DNA from: Octopus vulgaris
Taxonomy: Eukaryota
Assembly: GCA_951406725.2 (NCBI GenBank)
Contig: OX597816.1
Coordinates: 124,310,001 to 124,374,000, forward strand
Reading direction: 5' to 3'
DNA length: 64,000 nt
Shown in pieces: positions 24,968 through 37,668 of this stretch (the first letter of the stretch is position 1; the number at the start of each line of letters is the position of its first letter). The notes under the pieces are model-generated. The model did no database searches and was not told the origin of the DNA. It was given only the letters and a program-made list of their open reading frames with translations. The translations under genes were made by a program, and so were the position numbers.

Positions 24968-24972
24968 GCTAC
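24690..24972. repeat. Compound (CCA/CTG/CTA)n trinucleotide tract
   Basis: Direct reading of the sequence. Confidence 0.95.
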
Positions 24973-27030
24973 TTTGGTATCCACTGTTTTATCATATGCT
25001 AATGTAAAGTCTGTGACCTTACACTGTTTATTTCGTTCTCTAAAATCATATGTAATATATTTCCTTCTCTAGTGTGGTCAGTCTCCAATCATCTTAACAA
25101 ATTAGTAGGCATGTGGCTCAGTAAAAGGAAGAGAAAATCTATGTCAATGAAGCGATTTAGTAGGTTGACGGAAAGATGGAATGATGAAATTACTCAAGGT
25201 CTTACTTGACATGGACCTCAAAGTGGACAGAAACTAGAATGAGATTACAAACAAGCTAGTCTTGCTCAGATATGGACTGAAAGGAAATTATCCCTGAAAT
25301 GTTGAGTTGAGGTGGTTGAGCTTAATAACATACTGCTTGACCATTTTACTTTGCCTCAGTCCATGTTTGGCCAAACCGGAGTGTTTAGTTTACTACTTTT
25401 GGTGGCAAAAACATGTTCAACTGGTCAAGTATTTCAACTGTTGTCAGCACTCTCTGAGATGTGAGCTTGGCATGCCATTATTGCCGATGTGCAGACATGT
25501 ACTGCAGCAATTCCACTTACAGATTTTCCAGGATGATGAGCTGGTGTGGTCTCCTTTTGTGGAATACAACTTTCTGTTGCTCAGCTCTTAGGTGGAGCTG
25601 CAATCCCCAGTCAAGAAAAGATCAAGATTGGATGCCTAGAGTGTCATCAGGTGCTCCCTGCCCTCTACCAGTTGAGTAATGAAGTCACTGAAAGTTCCAC
25701 ATTAGCAGCATATTGAAATCTAGTGGAGTGTAAAAGTGATGATGTTCTTGGGGAAACTTCAAGCATTGATGATGAACTAGCTGGTCTATTCTAAAGGACT
25801 TTCAAGTCTATTACTACCATGAATAACTTCCAGAAATCTCAAGCCTGGCAGTGCTACCGAGGAGCACTTCTGGTTTGAGATAAACTCTACAAGCATGGAA
25901 TCACTGCTACACAGGACTGTCTGAGGTGCATGCAGACTGACAAAACCATCCTCCACACACTCTTGTGGTGTGAGTATTGCTGATTTTGGAGTTATGGTGA
26001 ACAACTGTTATCACAAGTGGGATGAATCTGACTATCATCTGAATCCATCACAGGGCCAGGCAGGCCTGGTTCCTCTATCTAGTGGCTTTGGAAAAAAAGA
26101 GGCTGAACAGTTTGAGGGAAGACATTCTTCTTCAGTTAAGCCCTTATTGACATTTTAAGTTCTGCTTGGAAAGGGAAGTGCTACCTTCCTGTGAATTCCT
26201 GAAAAGATTGGTGATTGTCGAAAAAATTGTGAGATAGAATGAACCTATGCTAAGAATGCACTTCTAGATTGGAGAACAACAGTTTGGAGAGGGTTCATGT
26301 CTTTGGTGGTCAAGGTAATTCTGGATCTGTGGGATCCCTTGATTGGCCCTTAGTTGAAGTTTCTCCTGTTTCAGGAGGACTGCATAATTTATGTTATCAC
26401 ATACTTTGTATCTATGTATATACTTCTTTGTATATATCTTTGTATATACTTCTACACATTTTACTATTTTTTCTATTTCTTCCACCTTATCTTTTATGTA
26501 AATCCTTATACATCTTGTTGACTGTCCTTTTGATGTCCCCCTCATCTGTACCCCTGTGGCTAATAAAAGAAATTATTATTATTACTATTATTATAGTTGT
26601 AATCATCATCATCATCATCATCATCATTAGAAATCATTATTAACTCTTATATTGCATGTTAATTTAAAAAGTTACTTCAAATTTAATTGTTTAAAAATTG
26701 TTAGCACCAGAACATTCTTACATGTTATCCTAAGATCCAGAGTATTTTATTATGATTGTTCTCAAAATGTTCCTATTGTTATGAACAAAATGATATTATA
26801 ATACTGTATTCTTTAAACATTCAACAATATTTTTATTATCTAAATTCTCATTAAAATTCTTTCTAAATTTACTAAGTGTTAACTTGAGAACTTTCTCTGA
26901 TTTAAATGTTTAATAATTATTCACTCAAAAATGTTCTTCCATATTGTCTTAAGAGGTTCTTTATTCTTGTAAATTCTTTTGTTTCTCTTTATTACTCTTT
27001 ATTTCACTGGTGTTTCTAGTTATAATGATG

Positions 27031-27097
<67 letters not shown>

Positions 27098-27119
27098 AAA
27101 TAATAATAATAATAATAAT

Positions 27120-27869
27120 AATTTTAATTGCAGCACAAGACCAAAGCCTCCCCACCAGAAATTACCAAAAACATGTAATGAAAAGAAATATTACAAGTAA
27201 CTGCAGAATATGTGGAGATGGACAAGAAACAATAAATCATATTATCTCTAGCTGCCCAGTCCTGGCTAAGAAGGAATATATTCACAGACATGACAGAGTT
27301 GGAACCTACATACATTGGAAGCTATGCCAACATTATGGAATAACAACAGAAAAAAGATGGTATAGGCACACACCAGAAAAGGTCACAGAAAACGAGAAAG
27401 CAACCATACTCTGGGATATGCCGATACACACAGATAGAGAAATTAAGGCCAACAGACCAGATATAGTTGTCAGAGATCGTGAAGAAAAAAATGCTTTCTA
27501 ATTGATGTATCAATACCGGCTGATGACAACGTGTCTCTAAAAGAAATGGAGAAACTCTCAAAATACAAAGACCTGGAAATAGAGGTAACTAGAATGTGTA
27601 ATCTGAAAACAGAAACAATTCCTATCATAGTAGGTGCATTAGGCATGATAAAAAAATATTCAGACAAATACATAACAAAAACACCAGGACTTACAAACAC
27701 ATATAACATACAGAAAATTGCACTACTAGGCACTGCACACATCCTACGCAGAACACTTTCCATACAATAACCATCAGAGCATCACAACAAATCACAGCAC
27801 ATACCCAAGGCACACAGAGCTGCACTCAGTAGTGAAGTGAAAGCACGCTATAAAAATAAAACTACTGAA
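27120..27869 (+). mobile_element. R4/Dong LINE 3' 750 bp, near-identical to 53035-53780
   Basis: LIAAQDQSLPTRNYQK...CRICG...HIISSC...RPDIVV...KYKDL, with one frameshift in an A-run at about 27490. (TAA)n on both sides. Confidence 0.93.
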
Positions 27870-27871
27870 TG

Positions 27872-27909
<38 letters not shown>

Positions 27910-27928
27910 CATTGTCATCATTATTATA

Positions 27929-28095
27929 AAGGTGGTAAGCTGTCAGATTTGTTAGCATGAGTTCAAATTCCACCAGAGTTAACTCTGTCATCCTTTTGAG
28001 GTTGATAAAATAAGCACTAGTTGAACACTGAGGATAATGTAATTAGTGTAAACCCCTTCCCTCACAGCTGCTGGCCTTGTGACAAAATTTGAAAC
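27929..28095 (+). mobile_element. Meta-like tRNA-SINE copy, internally deleted
   Basis: Head AAGGTGGTAAGCTG, B box GAGTTCAAATTCC and a degenerate core. Confidence 0.7.
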
Positions 28096-28162
<67 letters not shown>

Positions 28163-28585
28163 ATTCTCTCTCTTTACTCCTTACTCTTTTGCTTGTTTCA
28201 GTCATTTGACTGTGGCCATGCTGGAGCACCACCTTTAGTCGAGCAAATCGACCCCAGGACTTATTCTTTGTAAGCCTAGTACTTATTCTATCGGTGTCTT
28301 TTACTGAACTGCTAAGTTACGGGGACGTAATCACACCAGCATTGGTTGTCAAGCGATGTTGGGGGGGACAAACACAGACACACAAACATATACACACACA
28401 TACATATATATATATATACATATATACGACGGGCTTCTTTCAGTTTCCGTCTACCAAATATACTCACAAGGCTTTGGTCAAGGCTATAGTAGAAGACACT
28501 TGCCTAAGGTGCCATGCAGTAGGACTGAACCCAGAACCATGTGGTTGGTAAGCAAGCTACTTACCACACAGCCACTCCTACACCT
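28163..28585 (-). mobile_element. Octopus-type tRNA-SINE, complete copy
   Basis: Head AGGAGTGGCTGTGTGGTAAG...GGGTTCAGTCC, CORE-like CCTTAGGCAAGTG, internal (TA/TG)n and AAGAGT-type tail. Confidence 0.85.
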
Positions 28586-28682
28586 ACTATTATTATTATC
28601 ATCATCATCCTCATCATCATCATTATTATTATTATTATTATTATCATTATTATTATCATCATCATCCTTACCGTTATTATTG

Positions 28683-28800
28683 AGGAGGTGAGCTGGCAGA
28701 ATCCTTTAGCACACTGGGAGAAATGCTCAGCAGTATTTCGTTTGTTGTTACATTCTGAGTAAAAATTCAGCAAAGGTTCACTTGGCCTTTGATCCTTTTG
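28683..28800 (+). mobile_element. Meta-like tRNA-SINE 5' half
   Basis: AGGAGGTGAGCTGGCAGAATC... head following (ATT/ATC)n. Confidence 0.7.
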
Positions 28801-29957
28801 CCTGGTGTCACAATCTTCACCACCAAGTACCTTTGCCAGGTTCACTGCATTTTTGACAGCCTCCTGCTGAGAATCTTCAGGTAAGAAGTCCTCATACTCC
28901 TGGACACACTCTGGCTATATCTTCTTCTAGCATCTGATAGGGGTTTCTTTTCTCATGTCTTTAAGAGCAGCGTGGATGACTGACAGGCACATTGCGATAG
29001 TGAAGTTATGCCAGTACTCTTTTAACTTGTCCGAATCATCCATTGCATCCACATGGTGTTGGAATGTTCCAAGTGTAAAGTGCCTTGAAGGTACAGATCA
29101 CACTTTGATCCATAGGCTGGATGAGGGAGGTGCTGTTGGCAGCAGGTTTTTATTCTTATTTTTGAAGGCCTTCAGGTTTGCAGACTTGTAGATAAATCTT
29201 GATTTCATCATGGAGCCAGCAGCATTGCCACACCTAATTAGCATCACCCTGTCCTTCTGTGCCTTAAATCCTGAGGCTCTGGCTTCGTCTTTCATGATAT
29301 ACATTCTGGAGGGTATCTTCTTCCGGAACAAGCCAGTCTCGTCCATATTGAAAGCCTGTCCATATTGAAAACCCTTGTCGTTGACAATCTCCCTGAAGAT
29401 CTTGAGATACTTCTCAGCAGCTTTTTTGTTGGCTGATACTGTCTCTCCATGAAGGGAAGCACACTTTATTTTAAACCATTTCTGGAAATGGTCAAACCAT
29501 CCCTTGCTGGTTTGAAGATCGTTGGGCTCCAGTGCTGTCAATGGTCTTGGTTGTGGTTCTTCGGTGCCTTCTGCTCTGTCTCCTCTGTCGAACTGCTGAT
29601 ATAATCTCCGCGCTTTCATGCAAATGATGTTAACACTTAAGGGGATGTTTTTCTTCTAACAGTCACTGATCCTCAATGCCAAGGCAGATTCCATCCTGAC
29701 GAAGTGCGTATTTCTCACTATCGTTATCTTTTTGGCACTTTCACAGAAACTTACTGCTACGATAGTCCTGACTGCCACCTCATTCTTCTTTATGTAGCGT
29801 ACGGTGCTTTCATGGATAAGATAATAGCAACCTACTGCAGCGTAACTTTCACCTTCTTGGAACATATCCAGCAATTGTGCCTTCTCATGGAGCAGCATAA
29901 CCTTTTTCTGGTGCTTAGGTTCACTGCCTTAGAAAGTGTAGGGCATTTGGATGGCAT
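28800..29957 (-). pseudogene. Tigger/pogo (TIGD1-like) transposase remnant
   Basis: CENP-B-type HTH (LLHEKAQLLDM...IHESTVRYIKKN), SKGWFDHF, FNMDETGLF and GFKAQKDRV (DDE_1). Contains stops and frameshifts. Confidence 0.9.
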
Positions 29958-30168
29958 CCTAGGGCTTTAATAACATGCTGCAAGAAACAACTAAATACTA
30001 GAGATAACTACCTAACGCAGTTTTTTCCAAAAAACAAAACCTATAAAAAGTCTTCATTGCATCTGATATGTACATACCAACAATGGAAGATTGAGAAGAT
30101 TAAAAATAATCATGGTTTTGAAGAATTTAGTTTGTATTTCCACTCTATATAGTAATCTATACTAAAAT

Positions 30169-30204
<36 letters not shown>

Positions 30205-30889
30205 AAAGACAGAGAGAGAGGGGAAGAAAGAGAGAGAGAGGGGGACCAGCAAGTAACCTAATTACAATGTGACTACATTGGCTCACGACCTTAAAAAATA
30301 TTCTGTTGAAATAAACGTGTATGATTTTAAAAAAGTGGTGGTATAAAATTAACATTCAGTTTCGTGTTCTGTCATCCCTAGCCCAAGTAATACTTGCATG
30401 ATACACTGTACATACACACACACACACACACACATACAGATATATATATATATATACTTTCTATATATATATATATATATACAATGAGAGGTTGGTGTTG
30501 TTAAGAGACAAAAACAGTGACAGAGGGAGAGAGTGTATGTGTGAAATATAGATAGATGTCACAATATTAATTAGCATGCATTGATTGAAAGCAGAAATAA
30601 GAGATACAAGATAGAGTGTACATGTATCTAAAATAAATCAAGTGATGTGATGTGTGGTTATTCTAATCAGAGGGAGCTTCAGCTGCGAAGGGGCGTCCAG
30701 TAAGCTTGCAAATACGGTATATTATCATTAATAATTTGTGAAAAATATATATTGCCACAAATAAGCCATAAAAAATCACGGACAATGTCTATGATTCTGT
30801 GAATATGTGGTCGTTTCTGTGAACAATTATTAGTTCTGTGAATAACTGAGAGTGCAAATGCAGAACCACAAATAAGCGGGGATCACATC

Positions 30890-30967
30890 TTTCTTTTTCT
30901 TCTTCTTCTTCTTCTTCTTCTTCTTCTTCTTCTTCTTCTTCTTCTTCTTCTTCTTCTTCTTCTTCTT

Positions 30968-31040
<73 letters not shown>
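30890..31040. repeat. (TTC)n-(TTA)n compound microsatellite
   Basis: Direct reading. The same junction type occurs at 42903-43097. Confidence 0.95.
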
Positions 31041-31041
<1 letters not shown>

Positions 31042-31044
31042 TTT

Positions 31045-31540
31045 TTTTTTCTTCTTTCAAATTTGCTTCCATTTCTTGCCGAGTATCTTCCCTTCTCCTA
31101 GGGCAAAGAAACTCATAGTATACATTGGTAGGCCATTAAACCAAACTCAATAGTTCGTTCATTTAAAAAAAAATTTTTTTTTTTTTTAAGTTAAATTAAA
31201 ATACATGAGCAGCAACAGTTCTCACATCGACAATGCTCTTCTCAATACGTGTGATGTACCAGTTAAGACAATCTTTTGCACTTCTTGCAGGGATGGTAAG
31301 CTAGGGATCATTCTCATATAATTTTCGGTTCCATTCTTGATCATTCCTAGTGCTCCTACGATCACTGGTATTGTAACCGCCTTGAGATGCCACATTTTCT
31401 CAATTTCAATGAGTAGGTCTTTATATTTTCTGAGCTTGTCAAACTCTTTTGCTGAGATATTATGATCACAGGGGATGCTCATGTCGATCAATAAGCAAAC
31501 TTTATTGTTTTGGTCTTTCACAACAATATCTGGTTTATTA
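31045..31540 (-). mobile_element. R4/Dong LINE 3' fragment
   Basis: KPDIVVKDQNNKVCLLIDMSIP...KYKDL...VIVGALG. Confidence 0.88.
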
Positions 31541-31601
<61 letters not shown>

Positions 31602-31602
31602 C

Positions 31603-32223
31603 ATTTTGTTTGACTTTTGCCTAGCATTTGTACAAGTTGGCTCCAGAGACCTCAAGATACAACAAATTAGAAGTTCATGTTGGTGATATGCCTAGGGTAC
31701 CATATATTTGGTTTTGTACATAGTGTTTAAGAAACCATTAGAAAATTATGAGTTTTCTTTAAAATTTGAGATCATATAGTCAGTATTTTACTTCGGATAT
31801 GGGCAGTTCCTATGAGCACTACCTTTTGAATTTCTGCCATTTTGGGGTTTCCTGATATCGTGTCTGATGAAGGTAGGAATCAACCCCTTTGCTAGGGTAT
31901 TGCTTTAGTCTTGAGGCTCCACATTTTGCCAATATCTATTTCAAGATCTTTATACTTGCTCACTTTTTGGAAGGTCTTGACAGATACATTAATATCAATT
32001 GAGACAGTCATATCAATGAGCAGGCACGATTTTTGTCTGAAGTCTTTCAGTATAATATCTGGCCTATTCGCATCTATATTTCTGTCAACTTGAATGGTGA
32101 ATTTCCAGAGGAGTGAGATGTGATCATTTTCAAGCACTGGAGGTGTTTTGTGTTCCCACCAGTTTTTATCATGGGGCAGGTCCATGTTTTTGCAAATTAC
32201 CCCGTGAATATACTGTGCAGCTC

Positions 32224-32225
<2 letters not shown>
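31603..32225 (-). mobile_element. R4/Dong LINE 3' fragment, another family
   Basis: WWEHK...NRPDIILKD...LIDMTV...KYKDL, plus 3' UTR. Confidence 0.88.
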
Positions 32226-32259
<34 letters not shown>

Positions 32260-32263
<4 letters not shown>

Positions 32264-32472
32264 TAGTTTTATTTTTATAGCGTGCTTTCACTTCACTACT
32301 GAGTGCAGCTCTGTGTGCCTTGGGTATGTGCTGTGATTTGTTGTGATGCTCTGATGGTTACTGTATGGAAAGTGTTCTGCGTAGGATGTGTGAAGTGCTT
32401 AGTAGTGCAATTTTCTGTATGTTATATGTGTTTGTAAGTCCTGGTGTTTTTGTTATGTATTTGTCTGAATAT
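32260..32472 (-). mobile_element. R4/Dong 3' 210 bp of the 53035-55530 family
   Basis: Near-identical to 53035-53247. Confidence 0.9.
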
Positions 32473-32482
32473 TTTATTATTA

Positions 32483-32520
<38 letters not shown>

Positions 32521-32537
32521 ATTATTATTATTATTAT

Positions 32538-33610
32538 TCAGTAGTCTTATTTTTATCATGTGCATTCACTGCACTACCAAGGGTATGTACTGCTCTTATT
32601 TTCACTGTATTGAATGTGTTTTACGTAGGAAGTGTGCTGTACCTATTCGTGCTATTTTCTGTGTTATATATACCTGTAAGTCCTGGTGTTTTAGTTATGC
32701 ATTGTCTGAATGTTTTTTTAAAAAAACATTTTATCATACCTAATGGGTCTACAATAATAGGAATTCGTACATTCAAGTTACCTCTATTTCCAAATCTTTG
32801 TATTTTGAAAGTTTCTCTATTTCTTTTAGAGAAACATTGTCAGCCATTATCACCATCATCATCATCATTATGATGCTTTTGTTGTTGTGTTATTATTGAG
32901 TAGCACCGATATAATTAAAAATTTGTATTTTTTAAAAAAGATTTTAAATGATTAAAATGTTTTCAGGTTGATGATGTTCTTTTCATGATGTGAGTTGTAT
33001 CAATGAGAATAATTTTTTAAATGCCTGATACTTTGGAGTTTCCTAGTGTTTGTTAATAAATTGATATTATCCACAAAGCTCTGATGATCACAGGTACAGT
33101 GGTTGTTCTTAGATGCCACATTATTTTTTCAAGCCTCCGTTTTGAAGTACTTATATTTATTTGACTTTCCAAACACTTTTATAAAACTGATGTAGCCTGC
33201 AAGAATTGACATGTCTATGAGCAGACATACTTTGTCTAGGTGAATTTTTGTCAATATTCTTGATCTGTTGGCATGAATAACTCAAATGGAGCAAACACTA
33301 AATCCAAAAGAATGATTATGCCATTTTGTTTTTCTTAAAATCCTAGCTATCTCCAATAGAGCAGATTTTTGGGTCTGCTCTGCCTTCATGTCAATTCCTA
33401 TTTCTTCAGCATATTTCTCAAACCTGGTTGGTAGTGTTCCAAGTGCCCCTACAACTACTGGAATAACAGTTACCCTCTGCATTGCCAACATTCTTGCAAT
33501 ATTATCTTTTAGCAAATTGTTTTTGTCCACCTTTCCCAGCTTTTTTGTTACCTATGCATGCATACTCAGGTATGGTAACAACTATGATTCTAGTTTCCTT
33601 TTTTCTTTTA
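32538..33610 (-). mobile_element. Three further decayed R4/Dong 3' fragments (about 32538-32830, 32960-33280 and 33290-33610)
   Basis: Residual RLE-tail motifs, e.g. VIPVVVGALG...QKSALLEIARILRK. 32538-32700 resembles 53035-53240. Confidence 0.7.
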
Positions 33611-33736
33611 TCTACTTCAATAATTATTCTTACTAACAAATCTACCCATCTACGATGGAGACAAAAAATGAAAGAAAGAAACCATGACAACAGTATATAT
33701 TGAAAAATGTGTGAATGGATTTTAATATCAATATGA

Positions 33737-34684
33737 TTACAAAACTTCTTTGTAGACGATATTTTGGATGTGGTCGATGCAAATTTTTGAATTATTGAAG
33801 TCCGTTGCTCTACTCATAGTGATGTATAACTGGCCGTATGTAAACTTTGGAGTGGGCAAAAATATATCTACATGATCTAAAGTCTGGCCATGTGCCTTGT
33901 TTGCTATGAATGAGAATGCCAGTTTTATAGGAAACTGCCTGCATCTTAATTGGAGTGGAAACTGGTTATCGGTTGGTATAAGGGGTTTCCGCAGAATGAA
34001 CAAGCATTTACCATTTTGAGAGCCACTTGCAATCACTGCTTTGATAACACTGGAATTTAGTATCCTGTATGTAGTATCCCGTTCCATTGCATGTATCTAG
34101 TGACTGGATCAAAATTCTTAAGGAGCATTATCGGACAGTTCTTTACCAATCTGATTTTATTTAATGGATTGATGTTGTTCAAGAACTCGTGTGGGTATGG
34201 GTAGTAGTTTACATCATCTATTGTATCCGAACTACTGTTCTCTCAGGAAGTTGTTAATCATGTGCTCAATTACACTATTTACCACTTCATGGGTTGAAGT
34301 GATGACAGTTCATGAACACAGTCATGATACGATTTTGTAATCTTCTGCATATTTTGGTAATAGATGATACTTTGAGTACAAAATCTTTCCTAATTCGAAT
34401 CACATTCCTCAGAGAACAAACATTGTCTGGAACTGATGTCGCTTAAATAGGTTAATTTTGTATCCTCATGTTTTTCTATAGACTCAACTACATCACAGAC
34501 CTTCAGATGTACAATGTTTTCAAGGTGGCTTGCACTATTTGGGCTCGACTCCCATGTATAACAACAGGTAGAATCTGCTTCCAGTCACATACAAAAAGCA
34601 CACATACTCCTCCAAACGGATTTGTTTGCTGTAATATCGTGATATCGTGGGCAAGATTCCGAGTTTGATTCCAAGAAGTGACCT
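33737..34684 (-). pseudogene. Helitron PIF1-family helicase C-terminal remnant
   Basis: PFGG...DWKQILPVV..GSRAQIV..TLK, QFPIKLAF..ANKAHGQTL, GQLYITMSR and terminal NIVYKEVL. Confidence 0.88.
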
Positions 34685-34688
34685 GAAT

Positions 34689-34723
<35 letters not shown>

Positions 34724-34778
34724 CAACAACATCGGAAAATACCATATGAATGAAAACCTAGGTTTGAAATTTCCCCAA

Positions 34779-34822
34779 GACACCTGATGAAGGCTGGAGG
34801 GTATATCAGCTGAAACGTGTTA
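34779..34822 (+). ncRNA. Hammerhead motif with damaged cleavage site in a PLE-end-like fragment
   Basis: gacac-CTGATGA-aGGCTGgagggtatatCAGCT-GAAAC-gtgtt. The cleavage triplet appears deleted. Confidence 0.55.
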
Positions 34823-34874
34823 ACAACAAACAAGATGAGGACAAATATCCGTCAAATGTAAATAATGTGAATAA

Positions 34875-35170
34875 AGTTTGTTTTAAAGATGATGAATAAA
34901 CCACCCATGTTTTCAGAGGTGAATTATTAAAATCTCAAAGAATTCCCCTCAACACATGGCTATGATACTCCCCCACTACTTCTGCCCGTGATCAGAGATC
35001 CACATATCGGCAGCCGCTAAGGAACATGCTCAACTAGTTAAAGTCAAATAACTAACAAGCAAATCTGTGCTATTAAGCCGAGTATTTGCTGTAGCTCATC
35101 TTTTATGCCAAGACAAAACATGTACATAACACTTCCAATAAGTTAAGGTCAGAAACCATGAAAGTCACTT
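34875..35170 (-). mobile_element. Family X repeat, partial
   Basis: Colinear with 21620-21895. Confidence 0.75.
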
Positions 35171-35319
35171 AATATTATTGTTGTTGTTGTCGTTGACGTC
35201 ATCGTTGTTATGATGATGATCATCATCATCATCATCGTTATCGTATTTACTGCTGATCATTTCTGATGGATGCCCAAGACTGGAATCTAGCAAGTTTTCA
35301 ACTGCATAAAGAAATGCAT

Positions 35320-35480
35320 GAGTCAGGTGTTTACACAAGCTCTGTCAGTATATCACGAAACATCTACACAAACACCTTATACATTCCTGTTAAATATTTT
35401 AGCCATAAGTTTTAAATTCTTATCTTGCTCTGATGCCTTCGACTAGTTTGGTTTTGCAGCATCTGGACTGCTTCTTTTGC
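35320..35480 (-). pseudogene. Decayed R4/Dong RT N-terminal fragment
   Basis: Minus-strand NLWLKYLTGMYK matches NFWLKYLTGMHK in the 785-aa ORF. Confidence 0.6.
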
Positions 35481-36076
35481 TATGGTTTCTCATGATTATT
35501 CAGATACTGTTGTAAAGATATAAGAGATTTAAGAAATATGAATAAAAGGATATAAATCTTCTGATACTTTATCATTCCAATAGTACTAATAAAAAAAAAA
35601 GTGACCAGGACTAAATTCATTCAAATTTAGTTCACCAGATGAAGATTGTGCATATATATCAAAACGGTTAAATAAAAATATATGGAATCAATATGGGCAT
35701 GTAAAATAGCAACAAACAAAACAATGATGTATACGTTCATTCTTAATATCGACTTGGCAGACATCGGCAAATAATTTGTTTGTTGAATTCTATAAACAAG
35801 TCGACCATTTTTGTTTAGCTTCAGAGATTTGAGGGTAGCTTTAGCTGAAGAATCGCAGTCATATCTAAACACTGCTGTCTTAAAATTCGCCTATGTCACT
35901 AAATCACGTGTGTATGTGTTGCGAGTAGATATCGTCTGAAAGGTAACGTTCTCCAGAGGTTAAATATAACAGTGATTAGCGTATTCACGTTCAAATCTGT
36001 TGTTAACCATAAATTTGCACGTCATTACAACATTGTTCTGATAGAAAATAAGCGCGCGTATGGGTATGTATATATA

Positions 36077-36288
36077 CAGGGCTGGCCAAAAGTCACGCAC
36101 CAAAATATTTGTCAATTGATTTATATTACGTCACTATTATCATCCTTCATTTTGTTCTTCATGTACAAGTATGCGTGAATTCATCATTGTTCTATTTATT
36201 TTATTCAATTTTAGAAAAATTGATTCATGACTTTGACAATTTTGGAGCATATTAAACTTATCTTGTGCGTGAATTTTGGCTCACCCTG
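36077..36288. mobile_element. Tc1/mariner-type MITE
   Basis: TA|CAGGGCTGGCCAAAAGTCACGCAC ... GTGCGTGAATTTTGGCTCACCCTG. Confidence 0.7.
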
Positions 36289-36342
36289 TGTATATTTCTG
36301 TCTAGATGTACACATACATACATACATACATACATACATACA

Positions 36343-36447
<105 letters not shown>

Positions 36448-36466
36448 AAATGAGAAAATATGACAA

Positions 36467-36546
36467 ATAATTGAAGTAATAGTAATATTATATACCGGTT
36501 GCATTTGTTATGTAACAAATGCAATGTATAATATTACTATTACTTC

Positions 36547-36552
<6 letters not shown>
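36467..36552. repeat. 86-bp fold-back between (TA)n tracts
   Basis: 26-bp perfect outer arms and 12-bp perfect inner arms. Confidence 0.9.
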
Positions 36553-36597
<45 letters not shown>

Positions 36598-36772
36598 TAA
36601 GAAAGTTTGTTTGGTAAAGCACGTGGGTGAATATATAAGAAAATAGTAAAGTGTGAAAAAACGACAGAAGGCTTAAATGTTAAAAAATATATATATTTGT
36701 GTCAAAATGTCTGGAGAATATTGGAAAAATTTTTTTCCCTTTCCTTAAAATTACATAATTTTAAAATTTTTA

Positions 36773-36812
36773 AAGAAATTACCGGTTTCGCGTGTAGCTT
36801 TTCAAATTTATT
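36773..36812 (-). ncRNA. Minimal hammerhead, U3-A8 variant, left arm
   Basis: Minus strand: aataaat-TTGAAAA-GCtacacGC-GAAAC-CG-GTA-atttctt. Confidence 0.65.
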
Positions 36813-37668
36813 GTGACGTTATGTTTATATTGCATGGAATTATCGTTGTTTTTATTTCCAGGAGATTTCTAAATAAGGGGAGGTAGTGAGTGATTTTTTC
36901 CGGTGTAGGGGAGATAATCGCTTAAAAATTTTTTTTCCCTTTTCCTTGTTAATTTCTCTGTGTCAGTATGTTCGGATGGTTGAGTCTGGGTTTGTACTTT
37001 TCAATGAAGAATGTTTCCTTGTTCAGTCTCATTTGTGTTGATGATCCGAAAGCACATTGGTAAAATGGGAAGATTAAAAATTGTGGCAGTAGTTGCTTTG
37101 CGCATTTCTCAATGTGCTCACTAAAAGGTATCATTCTATATTCTGGGAATGCAATCTGTTGTCGATGCAGTGTGCATCTGCGCCTGAGTGAAAGTCCCGT
37201 GGAACCCACGTAGTCTTGGTGGCAGCCCGAGCATTTAATAACATAAATTATGTTTTCAGAGGCACAAGTAAAGTTAGATTTGATCTTAAATTTCTGTCCC
37301 TCTTTAAAGAAGAATTCTGATCCTTCCAATAGGTTAGGACATGTTGCACAGTTCGATCTACCACATTTTTTTACTTTTGCATCCGTAATTTTAGAAGACA
37401 ATTTTGCCTTTGTGAGAATCTTTTTGAAGTGATTTAGGCTGTTTGTAGCTTTTAATGATTTGGTGTATGTTTAGAATTTCCTTTAATTTTGGGTTTTTAT
37501 GAAGTATTGGTAAATTCTGGGTGATGATGGTGAAGGCTTCTTTGTTTCTGGGGTTGTAAGCGATTATCTCCCCTACACCGGAAAAAATCACTCACTACCT
37601 CCCCTTATTTAGAAATCTCCTGGAAATAAAAACAACGATAATTCCATGCAATATAAACCTAACGTCAC

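Noticed and set aside
25040-26250. Possible decayed LINE RT sequence
   Set aside because: Composition is suggestive, but I could not read unambiguous RT motifs.
31045-33610. Repeat-spacer pattern resembling a CRISPR array
   Set aside because: The repeats are variable-length (TTA)n, the spacers are LINE 3' ends, the DNA is eukaryotic, and there are no cas genes.
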